A stretch of DNA of 64,000 bases from contig JALJEE010001544.1 in NCBI GenBank assembly GCA_023231475.1, positions 62,001 to 126,000 of the forward strand, read 5' to 3'. This document shows, piece by piece, positions 41,501-57,494 of this stretch; within the stretch, counting starts at the first letter, position 1; every line of letters starts with the position of its first letter. Both the position numbers and the translations under genes were made by a program. The notes beneath the pieces were generated by a model, which was given only the letters and a program-made list of their open reading frames with translations, was not told the DNA's origin and made no database searches. This DNA is from Seison nebaliae. Taxonomy: Eukaryota.

Positions 41501-41929
41501 TGATTCATCTCACATCATGAATCGTTTTCAAATGCGAAATGTTTTCTCTCATTTCAAATTATTTTTTCTAATTCTGTTAGTTATTGAAAGCGACCGCATT
41601 AATCGAGAATTCTTGCGAGATATTTATCGCCAGAAGTATGATTTATGAAGCTTATTTGAATTTGTTACATGAGAAGAAAACGGATTGTAAAAAACTGATA
41701 AACGAAGCAATAGGTCATTCAGAGAAATTCGGATTAAAATATACAAATTCTTATGCGAAACGATGTTATAAAGTTATCATTTCCATTCGTTCCTCTCTAA
41801 TAATTCTTCAAAAAAAAACAGTTTTGGTTTAAGAGAGAAGTGACATCTCAATTTGAGGTGAATAAATTATATCCATCGAAGGAAATAAACAATTTCATTT
41901 TACCACCAATTGAATGGTTTGAGAAATAA
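35517..41929 (+). CDS. ADCY10: Soluble adenylyl cyclase (two cyclase domains, P-loop NTPase, TPR-like tail), ~18 exons
   Basis: FADVSGFT, KFAGDA, MFDKGCSFLCAFGLPG, HEYTVIGRKVNMAARLM, Walker A GDAGMGKT and Walker B IVIVDDAQFID. Exons traced to TAA at 41927-41929. Confidence 0.9.
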
Positions 41930-41949
41930 ATAAATGAGTCAATTGTTAA

Positions 41950-45237
<3,288 letters not shown>

Positions 45238-46827
45238 GACTGATGGATTTGTTCATGTAAAATTGATAAAGATATTTTTAATGTTCTCACCGAAAAGAAA
45301 ACAAATAAGAAGAAGAAGAAATTTCCCGTCCGACAACTTTCAATCCGATATTAGCGATGTTGATCAAATTGACGGTGGATGATGTTAATGATGATAATGA
45401 GATATATAGAAACGTTCGAGATTTGGACTAGAAAGAAAGTTTTTCAATCAATAGGACGAACTATCGTTATCGAATACCGTTCCTATCCGTATCTTCATAT
45501 TCGTATCTCGCATTCATGTATATTAATGTTTGTCATCGTTATCGTTATCATCGAATCTAATATGTCTAATTTTCCTTTTCTTTATTTTGAGAATGTTCTT
45601 CCTTTCAATATGGTATTCTTCTCGATGTGTTGTCGTAATGTGATGTTGATATTTATCGCGTATAATTTTTTTTCAATTTGTTCGTTGAGGTGCGACAACG
45701 GACAAATCCGGATATGGTATTTCCATGCAAAATATGATCGTCAATGAATCGATAAAAATGTAATTCAACATCTTTATCTACCTTTCCAAGATAAATAAAC
45801 TTTCCTAAATTCTCTTTCATTCATTCTTAACCGAACAATAATAACTAAATCGTTAAAGCGATAAACTTCCTAATAATGCTCGACGATTAGGTCAATTCCT
45901 CATTCTTAATCATTATATAGATAATAAAGCAAATGTCTTAACTCCTCTTCGCGTTAGGAAATAATTTCAAATTTCTAACTTGTTTATTTTTAACGTAACA
46001 TTGCTCATATAAAGGATAAGTTTCAAATGGATTCATTGGAAAGAGCATTTCGGTTGTTGATGAAATGATTGGGATTAATTTCTCCATAATCTCTTTAATC
46101 AATTATGATAAATTACTTTACGTTGACATATATTTCGGGATATTTAAAGGTAAAATCCCATGGAGAATTTCAATTAAAAAGAATTTTATTAAATCTTTCA
46201 TTGACGTCATACTACGCACAACAATAATAACTTGTCGAATAACACTAAATACCTCCAGATATCTCACTCACAAAGACATCTGATTTGAAAGGGTTAAGAA
46301 AGGAACCTATTTAGAGTGGTACATCAGAAACAGTAACAAAACTGTTAAAATTACTTACATATGTATTAGGTATATATGTATCTCTTAATAATTTAAAAGA
46401 GTTAACTCTTTTAATATGTTTAATATTGAAAGAGAATATCAGAGAACTAATTGTAATAATTGTTAAAAGACAAATATCTATTTACTATAATCAGTTATTA
46501 AATAATAAGTAGATGTCTCTATTTAATTCCTCATCAGTAAACTCTTTTGAACAATATTTATTATACCTGATGACCTTTTACCATTCATTGTGGAATTGAA
46601 GACATTTAATACTACTTCTGTCACATGTCGGTTTGTATAATGTAAGAAAACATTATAGCACAATTAATCAGATAAGGCAAATTTTTATTAATGAAGATAA
46701 ATTAAATAATAATTAGATACAAGTATCAGCCAGATAAGGTAAATTTTATAATGCAAATTATAAATTAAATTGAACAATTTAATTTGACATATCTAACTAA
46801 TCACAAGACAGTGAAAAAAAATAATTT

Positions 46828-47678
46828 CTAAAATTGTATATAGAATTTAACAACTTTTCTAATTTTATTCGGTTCGAATAAAATTGTTAATAGACAAATA
46901 TCCCAGAATCGATATTCTTTGGAGCGATATTTTATTAGTTGGTATTTGCTATTATGCATTGGAGAATTGTGTGATGAACAATCAGTCAAATTATATTTTT
47001 GTGCAAATTTCCAATAAACAAAATCACTTTCGTATTGTTGAGATGTGTTCCCAAATTTTACTCCGCAACCTTCACCGGACATATCTTCCTCCATTGGACG
47101 TCGTATAAAGATTTTTAAACAGATTGGTCGTAATTCACTTAATTGATGGAGAAAGTTAAGACCCAAATTAAATGTCACAAAATCAGCGGCCACATAACCA
47201 TTCTCATAATCCTCTTGCTTCATTTGATTCAATTTTACGTCAGCATACTCCTGACTGAACATAAAATATCCTGGTTCGTTACAACCTGAAACAGAAAATT
47301 TTTTTGTTTCCAAAAGTTTATCATAATAGAAAACATAATCTAAAAAGATAATTAATCTCGTTGATTTAATGAAATAGTGGAACTTTTTTTTAAAAAAATG
47401 ACATTTTCATTTTCAATAATTTCTTTACTGAAATTGAAGAATTTTATTGAAGTTCCATCCATTGTATTTAGTAGACCAATGCAGCCAGTAGTGAGACTAC
47501 AACTTAAAAGTTGCTTCATAATACATTTATTATTATAATACTGAATTCCATTTCTCGGCGCATAAACGTCGGATGAATTGATATACAGATGATTTGTTTC
47601 AATTGTGTTTCCTGAAATAACTTGAAAATTTATTTGGAAATTGATGATGGAAATAATGACAAATGAGAAAATATACAT
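46828..47678 (-). CDS. Orphan, probably secreted Cys-containing protein, 2 exons
   Basis: Hydrophobic N-terminus. ORFs 47352-47678 and 46828-47313 join in frame through a phase-1 GTT...TAG intron (~47340-47383). Confidence 0.6.
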
Positions 47679-48320
47679 CGAAAATTTCTACTATTTAAAA
47701 AAAAAATGTTAAATATTAATTTTTTTATATAATTGAATAAATCCCAGCGAGATAAATAAAAAAGGAAACGAACTAACTCAACTGATGAGTTATTAGAAAT
47801 AAGACGTTTTGCTTGAAAAAACAAGAGAAATTTATTCAAAATAAGTAAAAGTAAATTATCACAAGTTGAATAATGAAGAAAATTAGTAAGTAAAGTAATT
47901 GGAAGATTACTAATCTTGTTAGTTGATTCTTTCAACTTTCTTCCTTACGTATGGAAAATAATTTGTTTTATGAAGAATATGCTTCATTGAGTAAACATCG
48001 ATTTTAAAAATTCAAAAGATTAATTACTAATGAGAGAATATTAAAACTTCTTACTTTCACTATAATTTAACTAGGTCCTACTTTCCAAGTAATTATCGAG
48101 TTCCTCATCAATTATTATTTTCCCAAAGACCAATTGAAGTGTTTGAAAGATTTCTCAATGTATTTGTAATTAACACTAATGTAAATCTTAGTGCCAAATA
48201 TGATTTTTTTTAACTAAGCAAAAGTGAGCTCTCTTCTAGCAGAGCAAAATTAGACAGTTCTAACGAAGATCATTTATAATCCATTTGTACTATTAATACC
48301 ATTGATACCATTTGTTAATC

Positions 48321-48542
48321 TTATAACTTAGCAACCATATTTAACGAAAGCAACCAGGGACTGCAACTAATCAATTGGTTCATAATACATATAATAATCT
48401 GATATTGAATTCCATTTCTCAGTAAATAAACTTCTGATGAATTAATATCCTGGTCGCCCTTCTGTATTGGACCTCCTGAGATAAGTGGAAGATTTATTTG
48501 GAAATTGATGATGGAAATCATGACAAATGACAAAATATACAT
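48321..48542 (-). pseudogene. Truncated paralog of exon 1 of the 46828-47678 gene
   Basis: MYILSFVMISIINFQIN...INSSEVYLLRNGIQYQIIICIMNQLISCS aligns with MYIFSFVIISIINFQIN...INSSDVYAPRNGIQYYNNKCIMKQLLSCS, then similarity stops. Confidence 0.7.
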
Positions 48543-48796
48543 GGATAATTTCACCAAAAATATATTGAAAGTTAATTTATTATAAGTTTAGAATTAAAGA
48601 ATTTATAATTTTGAAAAGTAAATAATCAAAGCAATTGATAAGGTAAGAAGATGAGAAAATTATCAAATCTCATTCCAACGACGAAATTTCCACATATGTT
48701 TTTTACACCGTGTATTACTTTTCATCATTTTTAATTTCTTCGAAGTAGACAATGTGAACCTTTTCAAGCTCATTCTCAATAAAAATGATCACATGA

Positions 48797-48915
48797 GTGC
48801 GTAGCGCAGTGGTCTACGCACGTCCCACGCATTTATGCGAAACAATGTACCTTACATTCGATACCAAAATTATATTGGGACGTGCGTAGCGCAGTGTTCT
48901 ATGCACGTTTCCAAT
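48797..48915. repeat. GC-rich pair of palindromic direct repeats
   Basis: GTGCGTAGCGCAGTG(G/T)TCTA(C/T)GCACGT at 48797-48823 and 48882-48908. 48814-48827 and 48876-48889 are also perfect inverted repeats. Confidence 0.85.
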
Positions 48916-49653
48916 GTCACAACGATTGAGACAGACGTCTCACGAAAGGTAGGAGTCTCCTATCACACTGACCGTAAGGAAGAAGATCGCTCAAACAATA
49001 TTCAATTGCCCAGATTCGGATTTCAAAACAAAAAAAAACAAACAAAATTGTAATAAAACTAATCAAAATTAATCCTTAAACGAATTTTAGAGAACCTACG
49101 GAGAAGTATTCTTATAAGAAAATGATAAATATAAGGTATAACAAATATTACCAAAGAAGGAGATTCGTGCTTTATTAATAAAGCTTAGTAGAGAGACTTC
49201 GAGTAGAGACTTCCATGCTTTCCAAATTTATAGTTGGCAATATTCCAATTTCACTATAATAACCATGTTTATTGTTTAGTAATAAATATTGAGTTAAAAG
49301 CGATTTTAAAATTCCGAAATATTAATTAATAATGATAGAATGTTAAAACTGGTTCAGTTAACTATAATTAAGTTATAAAATTATCGAATTTCATAGTTCC
49401 TTATCAACTATCATGTCATGTTGTGAAAAAAGTGTGAGTAAAAATGAACGGGATCGATGGGGAAAAAATTCGTAAGTTCCGAACAGGAGAATAAAACATT
49501 TATTTTTATGATTTGTAAATTACAAATGATAAACATTACAAATTGTAATGTTCGTTTTTAGATGAATATGAAGCTTCAGATCGGAACGTGTATTTAAGAA
49601 TTATACGTTATTTTACCCATTGTACAATTGACGGATATTTTTAAGTTCGGAGG

Positions 49654-50817
49654 ATGTATCGTGCGAGTAAATTCGATCCGAAAGAATTAGGATTGTCAGT
49701 TGATTTTCAATTGACGTCGTTCTCCAAATTGAAAGGATGAGGATGTAAGGTACCGCAGTCAGAATTAGATAATCTCCTGCGGAAAGTTAAATCAACATTC
49801 GACGACAATTTCAACGATAAAACTAATGGTGAAGGAGACCATTCGAAAGTGCAAGGAATTGGACTAGACACATCTATAACTCCATTATCTCAGAAGAATT
49901 TATACATGATCCAATCAACTGATTTCTTCTATCCTCTAATTAATGATCCTTTCCTAATGGGAAAAATTGCTTGTGCCAACGTTCTCAGTGACGTATACGC
50001 GACCGGAGTACAACGAATCGATAATCTTCAAATGATTCTCACTCTCTCCATCGACATGAATAAAGAGCAACGCTCCAAAATTATTCCTCTATTAATCGAT
50101 GGATTTATTGAGCAGACGAAATGTGCAAAAACCGTCGTGAGCGGTGGCCAAACGGTGAACAATCCATGGATCACTATCGGAGGAACAGTGACGAGTATTT
50201 GTGATGAGTCGGAATTTATCCGTCCAATTAATTCTACTCCTGGTAACGTTCTCGTTCTAACAAAACCACTTGGTACTCAAGTTGCAGTGAACGCTTATCA
50301 ATGGATGATGGAAACGAAGATGGAAAATGAACAGAACGAGATTTTTATTGACTTCTTTAATAAAATCTCACCTATCATCACTAACGAACAAATCGTGGAA
50401 TTATATGATAAAGCTGCTAACCAAATGGCAAGTCTTAATGATATCGGTGCACAATTAATGCACAAATATTGCGCAAATGCAGCAACCGATATTACTGGAT
50501 TTGGCCTATTAGGACATGCTAAAAATTTAGTAGCCGAACAAAATAAATCGGTTAATTTCAAATTCCACACAATGCCATTTTTGGAACATTCGTTGGCCGT
50601 AGATAAAGTTCTTGGTGGAATGTTCAAATTGGAAAATTTCCTCTCAGCTGAAACGAGTGGTGGTCTCCTCATCTCACTACCAAACATATCAACAGCGAAA
50701 GATTTCATTGATGATTATCTCAAAATAAAAGGCTATCCAGCTTGGATAGTCGCCGATGTCGTAGAAGGAAATAGAAATGTTGAATTTTCTTCAAATATAA
50801 AATTTATAGAATGTTAA
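49654..50817 (+). CDS. SEPHS2: Selenophosphate synthetase 2, selenoprotein with in-frame TGA at 49738-49740
   Basis: ATG 49654 gives MYRASKFDPKELGLSVDFQLTSFSKLKG-TGA-GCKVPQ in frame with ORF 49849-50817 (TDFFYP, GKIACANVLSDVYA, GGQTV, LTKPLGTQVAVNA, ATDITGFGLLGHA, ETSGGLL). Confidence 0.93.
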
Positions 50818-50851
50818 CTTTTTTCAATTATTTTTTTGTCGTCCAATTTTT

Positions 50852-50932
50852 TACAAAATCTCTTTTATCTCATGATTTCTTTTAACTCAATTTGCTTTCC
50901 TAGTAAGTGTTAATTAAGATTGAAATTTTTTA
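50852..50932 (+). promoter_or_regulatory. Candidate form II SECIS element in the SPS2 3' UTR
   Basis: ATGA 50872-50875 pairs with TGAA 50921-50924 as the core; helix TCTT-TTAAC / GTTAA(TT)AAGA; unpaired AA at 50889-50890; apical mini-stem TTTGCT/AGTAAG. Folded by eye. Confidence 0.7.
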
Positions 50933-51238
50933 TTAAATAAACTTTTTTCTAAATTTTCTCGTTAACTTAAAATGAATTTAATGTCGACATGGAAAGTTTC
51001 AATAATTTATTGATCGATGTTTAATTCTGTTTATTCTGTTGCGAGAAATAAATAAAGTTTATTTTTGTTAAGAATTGCGGAATGTGCAATAAAGAGAGAG
51101 AAGGAAAATTTGAGAACTTATTTTTTAAAAAAATACCAGAAATGATGGAAATGAAGAATACTTTAAAAATCTGTTAATTTACTTATTGACATAAAACATT
51201 TAACGAGTTATAAGCTACTTAGGAGGAATAATGAAAGT

Positions 51239-53974
51239 TCAATAAATTTCACTATTCAATAACATATTTGTCTTAACTGTTGTTGGTGTTGTTGTTGGGG
51301 CGAGAGAAAAAGAAGATGTTGTCATGGCAGTTGATAAATCATTATAATTATTAAGAAATGTTCCACCAGTACTTGTTGTTGTCGTGGTAGATAATAATGG
51401 TAAAGATGTACCGATTGCTGATATAGGTGACGGTAAATTTTTTGATTTGATGGTTTTGCTTGAAGATTTCATACTTTTCCCTCTATCATTATCCGGTTCA
51501 ATGATATTCGTTTGTGAATGAACACGAAGATGTCTATTTAGATTTCCCGATTGAGAGAATCTCAAGAAACAAATTCGACATTGATATGGTTTCTCGCCAC
51601 TGTGTATTCTCATATGTTTCGTTAGTGTACTTGAATCACTAAAAGCTTTCCTACACAATCGACATCTAAAGTAACAAAACAATTAAATATTTTTTTGCAA
51701 AATTCTGAACATTGTTTTTTGATTAAGAAAAATTCCGAAAATTGTTATTTGGTTAAGAAAAATTTCTGGGAAAAATTCCAAAAATTGTTTTTTGATTAAG
51801 AAAAATTTTTTGGAGAGATTTAAAAAACCGGTTTTTTTAAGATACTCAAAAATTACTAACCGATATGGTCTCTCCCCAGAATGCGTCCTCATGTGTGTGG
51901 TGACGGAGGAGGATTGAGAGAATTTACGAGAACATATCGGACAGGCGAATGGTTTCTCTCCACTATGTGTCCGAAGATGTGCTGTTAAGTTGGCTGCTTG
52001 AGAGAAAGTTTTCGAACATTTGGGACATTTGTATGGTTTCTCTCCCTGAGAAGATAATGGAAAAGAACAAAAAGAATAAACAAACCGAATGTGTTCTCAT
52101 ATGTGTCTTCAATGTACTCGGTCTAGCGTAAGTTTTCCCGCAGATCTTACACAAATTCAGTTTGGCAGTTCCGTCCATTTGTTGTTTTAATGAGGAGTGT
52201 ATTGCTGTCAATTCAGCCATAGCTCGTTCCATTGTTGTGGAAGGAGAAGGAAATTCTAAATGGCCCAACATTGACGGAACGTTGGTGGTGGTTTTTGAAA
52301 AGATGTCGTTCAATACATTCGATTGACTTGGAAATAAATTACAGAAACTTTAGAGAATGTTAAATAGTTGAATGAAGAGGAAGAAAACTTGGGATTTTGT
52401 TCTATTTGATTTCTGACATTATAATCATATTCGTAGTATTTTGCAAGAATTTCATTCGCTGAATTAATATCGAGTATTGGAGTAGTATTTACGTCTTGCA
52501 ACATCTCCAACGAGAACTGAGACTCGTACATTAATTTCAATTGTTTCTCAATTTCCATTCGGTCGTTGGAATTGTGAATATTATTCTTCTCACAATAACT
52601 ATCCAATTCAATTGCCAACTTATCCGTTTCTATTTGTGAAATTGGATCAGATAAACCGTTTTCACTATTCGGCAATTTGACGAGTGTCTCCGAATTCATC
52701 TCAAGCGGCTTCTCATGGAACGATGAGGAGTCGAGTGAAGAGAATGAAGAGTTGTAAGAGATATTGTAATTGGATGAGAGGAGATTCTCGCCGTTCTTAT
52801 CAAATTGATAATTGGCTGGAATGTTAGCGAGTGTCTGCTGATGATTCCAATCATTCGATTCGATTGATGTATGAATCAATTTTTCGGTTTGATTCTGAAA
52901 GAAAATATTACAATTATTTAAATTATTCAAATTTATCTGATTTTGATTTTGATTTTGAAGATTATTGAGAAGTAAATTATTCATTTCAATCTTGTTCGAC
53001 ATATCTCCATTTCTTTTATTTTCTCCATTTCTTCTGTTTGTCTGATTTTCTTCATTTTTTTCTTCTATTCTCATTTCATTTCCATCTTTATTTGCTTCAT
53101 CTTCTCTCACAAAACTTTTCGGAAATGTTTGATGTTGTTGTTGCTGTTGTTGTTGTTGTTGTTCGATAAATAATTTGAGTTGATGTTGTTGAATTTTCTC
53201 GACGTTCTCGAGTGCTTCGTCCAACAAATGTGTTTGGTGCAGTTGGTGATGATTGAGATGGTCATGTTTATTCGTGTCATTCACCTTCGACTCATTGGAT
53301 GAAGTATTGACATTGTTTGTTGTGGGAATTGAGGAGTTGGACGATGAAGATGAAAACGATGAGAGTTGAGAGTTGGACGTGGAGATAATATGAAATTGTG
53401 AATTATTCTCATTGGTTTGTTGATTGGCGAAAAGTTGTTGATAGAAGAAATAATTGAGATATTCGTTTGAGAAATTATTAGAGAAATCATTGGATTGTGA
53501 TGGGAAAACGGAATATGGATAATAATTTTGATTGTCATTCGCATTTGTTAATAAATTTTGTTCCTCAGTTGCTTGACTTGTCTCATCGTCCGCTTGTTGT
53601 TGTTGTGGTTGATATGATAAGTTGGAAGTGAGACAAGTTGATGGTGGAAACTTTTTCATAATTTCAATATTCTCTTCCATTAATGGCAATTTGATTTGAG
53701 GAAGATCATCATCTTCACCGTCGTCCGAAATAAGTTGTTTTGATCGTTTCCTACGATTATTTCCATTATTCTCTTCCATCATCTTCTCTTTCATTCCACA
53801 ATTATTCATTAGCAACGATGGCTTAAAATCATTAGCATGAACGATATTCATGCTTCCAATTATCTGACTCCGATCGGGAATGTACTCAGATAGAAAATCT
53901 TTCGTCAAATTCTCTAATCGAATCAAATAAGAAAGTAAATACTTCGAAATGAAATAGTGTTTGATCGATGACAA
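51239..53974 (-). CDS. gl: Glass C2H2 zinc-finger transcription factor (5 fingers); 5' end uncertain, possibly extends to ATG 55090
   Basis: Fingers [44 protein letters not shown] and [10 protein letters not shown] are the Glass signature. Confidence 0.93.
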
Positions 53975-56078
53975 TCAAGTAAGAAATGTAAAGAAAAACA
54001 GTTACTTCTCCAAAACACTGAAAGAGATCGAACATTACTTCTTCTCAAGTGACTTGATAAAAATTTGAAGAAACTAACTCCTTTCCTCCTCCTCCTTCTT
54101 CTCCTATCCCTCTCCCCAGAACAAATAGTAACAGCAACTTGTTCAAATGGAAAAGGAATCTGATGGTGAATAATTGAAACGCAAATAGAACTGAAGATAA
54201 GTAATCGATCTATTTTCTCCACAATGAATAACAGCATCCACTTTCTCCTCTACTTACCAATAACAACAACAACAACTTTTCATTCACCTGTTCTAAATTC
54301 AGCAAATCTTCTTTTCTCGAAGAGAAAATAAATAAAAATTTCATTTGAAACTAAAAATTATTTCCGTTTCTAAAATTCATTGCTCCATTTCTATTCTCAA
54401 TAATCATTTTAAAAGAATTTTATGATTTAGTAAATTGATATAAGCATTTGAAAATTAACTTCTAAGTCATCAACATCTTTCAATTCTTTTCTAATTAACA
54501 ATTTGAACTAACTACATTTTTCTCATCAAAATTCAAAAATCTAACGGAGAGTAAGATTGAAAAAATAACATCTAATATCTGAATTCAATCAAAAGAATTA
54601 TTTAGTGTCACAATTGGTGTAATTACTTATTTCTGTAGGAAATCATTAACTTATCGTCATTACTAACCAATCTTCAACTTCTTAAAATTGCATTAAACAT
54701 ATTAAATTTTCCTTTTAAATCTTAATTTGATAAAGAGAAATTATTTTAAAATTTTTTTCATCATTATTATCTTCTGTTGGGAGATTATATTTCTTACAAT
54801 AATTCGTTTGTTCATTTCATCCCCTCATCGTTATTGTCGTCATCATCATGATTATCAGTATCTCCTATGTCTATCGTAAACATTGATAGATTTTCGGGTA
54901 GAAAAAAAAGAAGCCAAACAAATGGTATTCGAATGGAAATGAGAAAAACGCTAATAGAATGTTATTCTTTCCTAGTTGATTTTTATCATCATCATCATCA
55001 TCATCATAAACATCGTCGTCGTAGTCGTCATCAGTTACTATTCATCCATCGAATGTGATGAAATGAAATTTCCTTTCTGCTACTCACCATATAATGGAAG
55101 AGAACGAGTTCTATTTATCTTTTGTCTTTCTTCTTCTAAACCAAATGGTCGGTAAGCGAAAGAATGAGCAGAATGAAATTCTATTATTAATGCCAATGAT
55201 AATTCGACATATTCCAGAAAGATTCTCTTTGTAATATGAGTTTAGTAAACATTTCCTACCAAACAATCTCAATACTATTCATTTCGACTTGTGATTTCGA
55301 TTAGACATATCTCCCCTCTCATAGGAACAAAAGGAGGAAACAAGTCCAAATCACCCGAAAGTTGTCATGGTTCTCCGTCTTCACTCTCGCTATATTCCTC
55401 TTAACGACGAACTTTTCATATTGTCAACTTTCTCTTTTTTCAAATCCATTTCGATATAGGCAATCGAATTTTTTTGAAATTCATTTCCCTTTAAATTCTC
55501 GATGATTGTGGCGAATTGTCAGGAATAAATTTCGTTCTTTCAAGTTAAAACACATCTACTTGTGAAAAACATCGACTTTTGATGAAGCCAATGAAATCAT
55601 TTTCTCTTCCTTCCACCCAATAAAATTTATTGCGTGGTTTTCTTTCTTTTTCTTCGACATATCTGCACAAATTCGTATACATTTCATAATTCTTTTCTTT
55701 CATCTTCCTCCCTCTCTACACAAACGTCACATTCATTTCATCATTAATTTGATTACTAATCGAATAATTAATTTTCAATATCACTAATTCAATTACTCTT
55801 ATTGGTAATGTTTAACTAACAACTTAAAACAGAAATTAATTTTATTTCCAATTATATTAATTCCCCCTAATATTTTCTTTCAAATACTTTTAGTTTATTC
55901 TTTCCCAATAAAATTTTCCGTTTAATCATCAATCTTTGATGATAATGATATAATCAGAATTCCAATTCATAATTTAATAAAAGTAGAAGATTTTTTAAAT
56001 TAAATATGAGGAAAATATTTTATTGTCTAACTAAAATTATCAAAATTTTTCATCTTCAATTCCATTATGATGATTCTC

Positions 56079-56933
56079 TTAACACATTCCGCACATCTTT
56101 GGACAATCGAATTTGACATTGCTATACTTCTTACAATATTCGACAGGCCATTGAGTGCCACAATACCATTTATCAGAATCAGTTCCACATGATGCAATTT
56201 CACATTCATGTCCTTTCGTAAACGGAGTGCATTGACATTGACATGTATTCCTGTCTAATGTTCCTCCGTTCTTGCACTTTAATCCTTGACAATCACACAT
56301 ATTATTCTTGCAAGAATTGGGACAAGATGAACATGAAGATGAACTCTTCTGATAAGGAACGGAATAAGTGAATTGTCCCACAAGATAATTACAGGAATAA
56401 TGTCGTTTGTACAAAGTGGAACAAGTAGCGAATCCACAACCAATTCTGGTGGCGTTTGCATTCACCAATTGTGTATAATGTCCAACAGTTCCTCCATTTT
56501 TTGATCCTACTCCAAAAGTAAAATCTTTCACTTCATCCCACCATAGATCGATGGCAGATTTCCAATCTTTGGCACCAGCAGCCAAATTTTGTCCAACAGC
56601 CGCTGATTTATCACTCGGAATTTTACGACAATTATGACAATCATGTTTCATTTCACAAAGTTCTGCATGTTTCTGTGCAACAGAAGCCAATTCATCATCC
56701 CAATAAATTTTCAACATATCCCCAGCACTTGGCGATACTTTTCCTCTCAATTCATTATGATGATCGACAATAATTTTCTTTTCTGCATCCGTAACTGTAT
56801 GAACTCCAGAAATTTTGGATGAAGCAGCTTCACAGAATGTATGTTTTTCCCCACTATCCACCAACTCCTCCCATTTGCTATTGCAACAATTGATAAGAAC
56901 AATTGAACTCACAAATAATAAAACTCTCAACAT
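56079..56933 (-). CDS. Secreted CAP/SCP (CRISP-like) protein with EGF-like and ShK-like C-terminus, intronless
   Basis: Signal peptide, HNELR, GQNLA, GHYTQLV, RIGCG, YSCNY, CKNGG...CQC...GHEC and terminal CPKMCGMC. Confidence 0.9.
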   Translation of the reverse strand: MLRVLLFVSSIVLINCCNSKWEELVDSGEKHTFCEAASSKISGVHTVTDAEKKIIVDHHNELRGKVSPSAGDMLKIYWDDELASVAQKHAELCEMKHDCHNCRKIPSDKSAAVGQNLAAGAKDWKSAIDLWWDEVKDFTFGVGSKNGGTVGHYTQLVNANATRIGCGFATCSTLYKRHYSCNYLVGQFTYSVPYQKSSSSCSSCPNSCKNNMCDCQGLKCKNGGTLDRNTCQCQCTPFTKGHECEIASCGTDSDKWYCGTQWPVEYCKKYSNVKFDCPKMCGMC

Positions 56934-57494
56934 TTTTTTTTGAATTATTCATCAGAAATTTCACATTATTTTTATACAAGAATATTCCTAAGAAGTTTTT
57001 TGGTGTTTTATTTAAAAAAAGTTTAGCGAACTAACAACAAAATTTCTTGATAGTTGAGAGAAAATAATGTAGTTTATTGATGATTGTTATTAGAAGTGAT
57101 ATGGTTGTCGTAAGTTGGATGATTTTGAAGAAATCATCTTTTTTCAGGAGATGAAGAAGTAAGAAGATTCCAGGAAAAATATACTTTATTTTTCTCATTT
57201 CATTTCAATTTCAATAAATATCAACAATAGGATTAATATCGGACTATGAAATCAAATAAAACAAAACGGAATCTCTTTCATGCAAATAATTTACATCGTC
57301 TTCTCCCTTCTCACCACAAACAACAAATCGTATAACAAAATAACAATAACGAGAAAAAAAATAGCAACAAACAAAAAAAATGATCAGTATATTCATCCAC
57401 AGGAGAAAAAGTTCCATAAGGAAAAAAATATGAAACTTTTTCAAGAGAATATTCTGAAAACTTTTTTAAGAATCATTATTTACAATATCCTTCA

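Noticed and set aside
48795..48870. tRNA gene (A-box-like TAGCGCAGTGG)
   Set aside because: No anticodon stem, T-arm in register or acceptor stem could be built.
48797..48908. CRISPR-like palindromic repeats with a spacer
   Set aside because: Only two repeats, a 58-nt spacer, eukaryotic context and no cas genes.
51700..51830. Short imperfect repeats (TTAAGAAAAATT) in a glass intron
   Set aside because: Low-complexity slippage repeats without structure or element termini.
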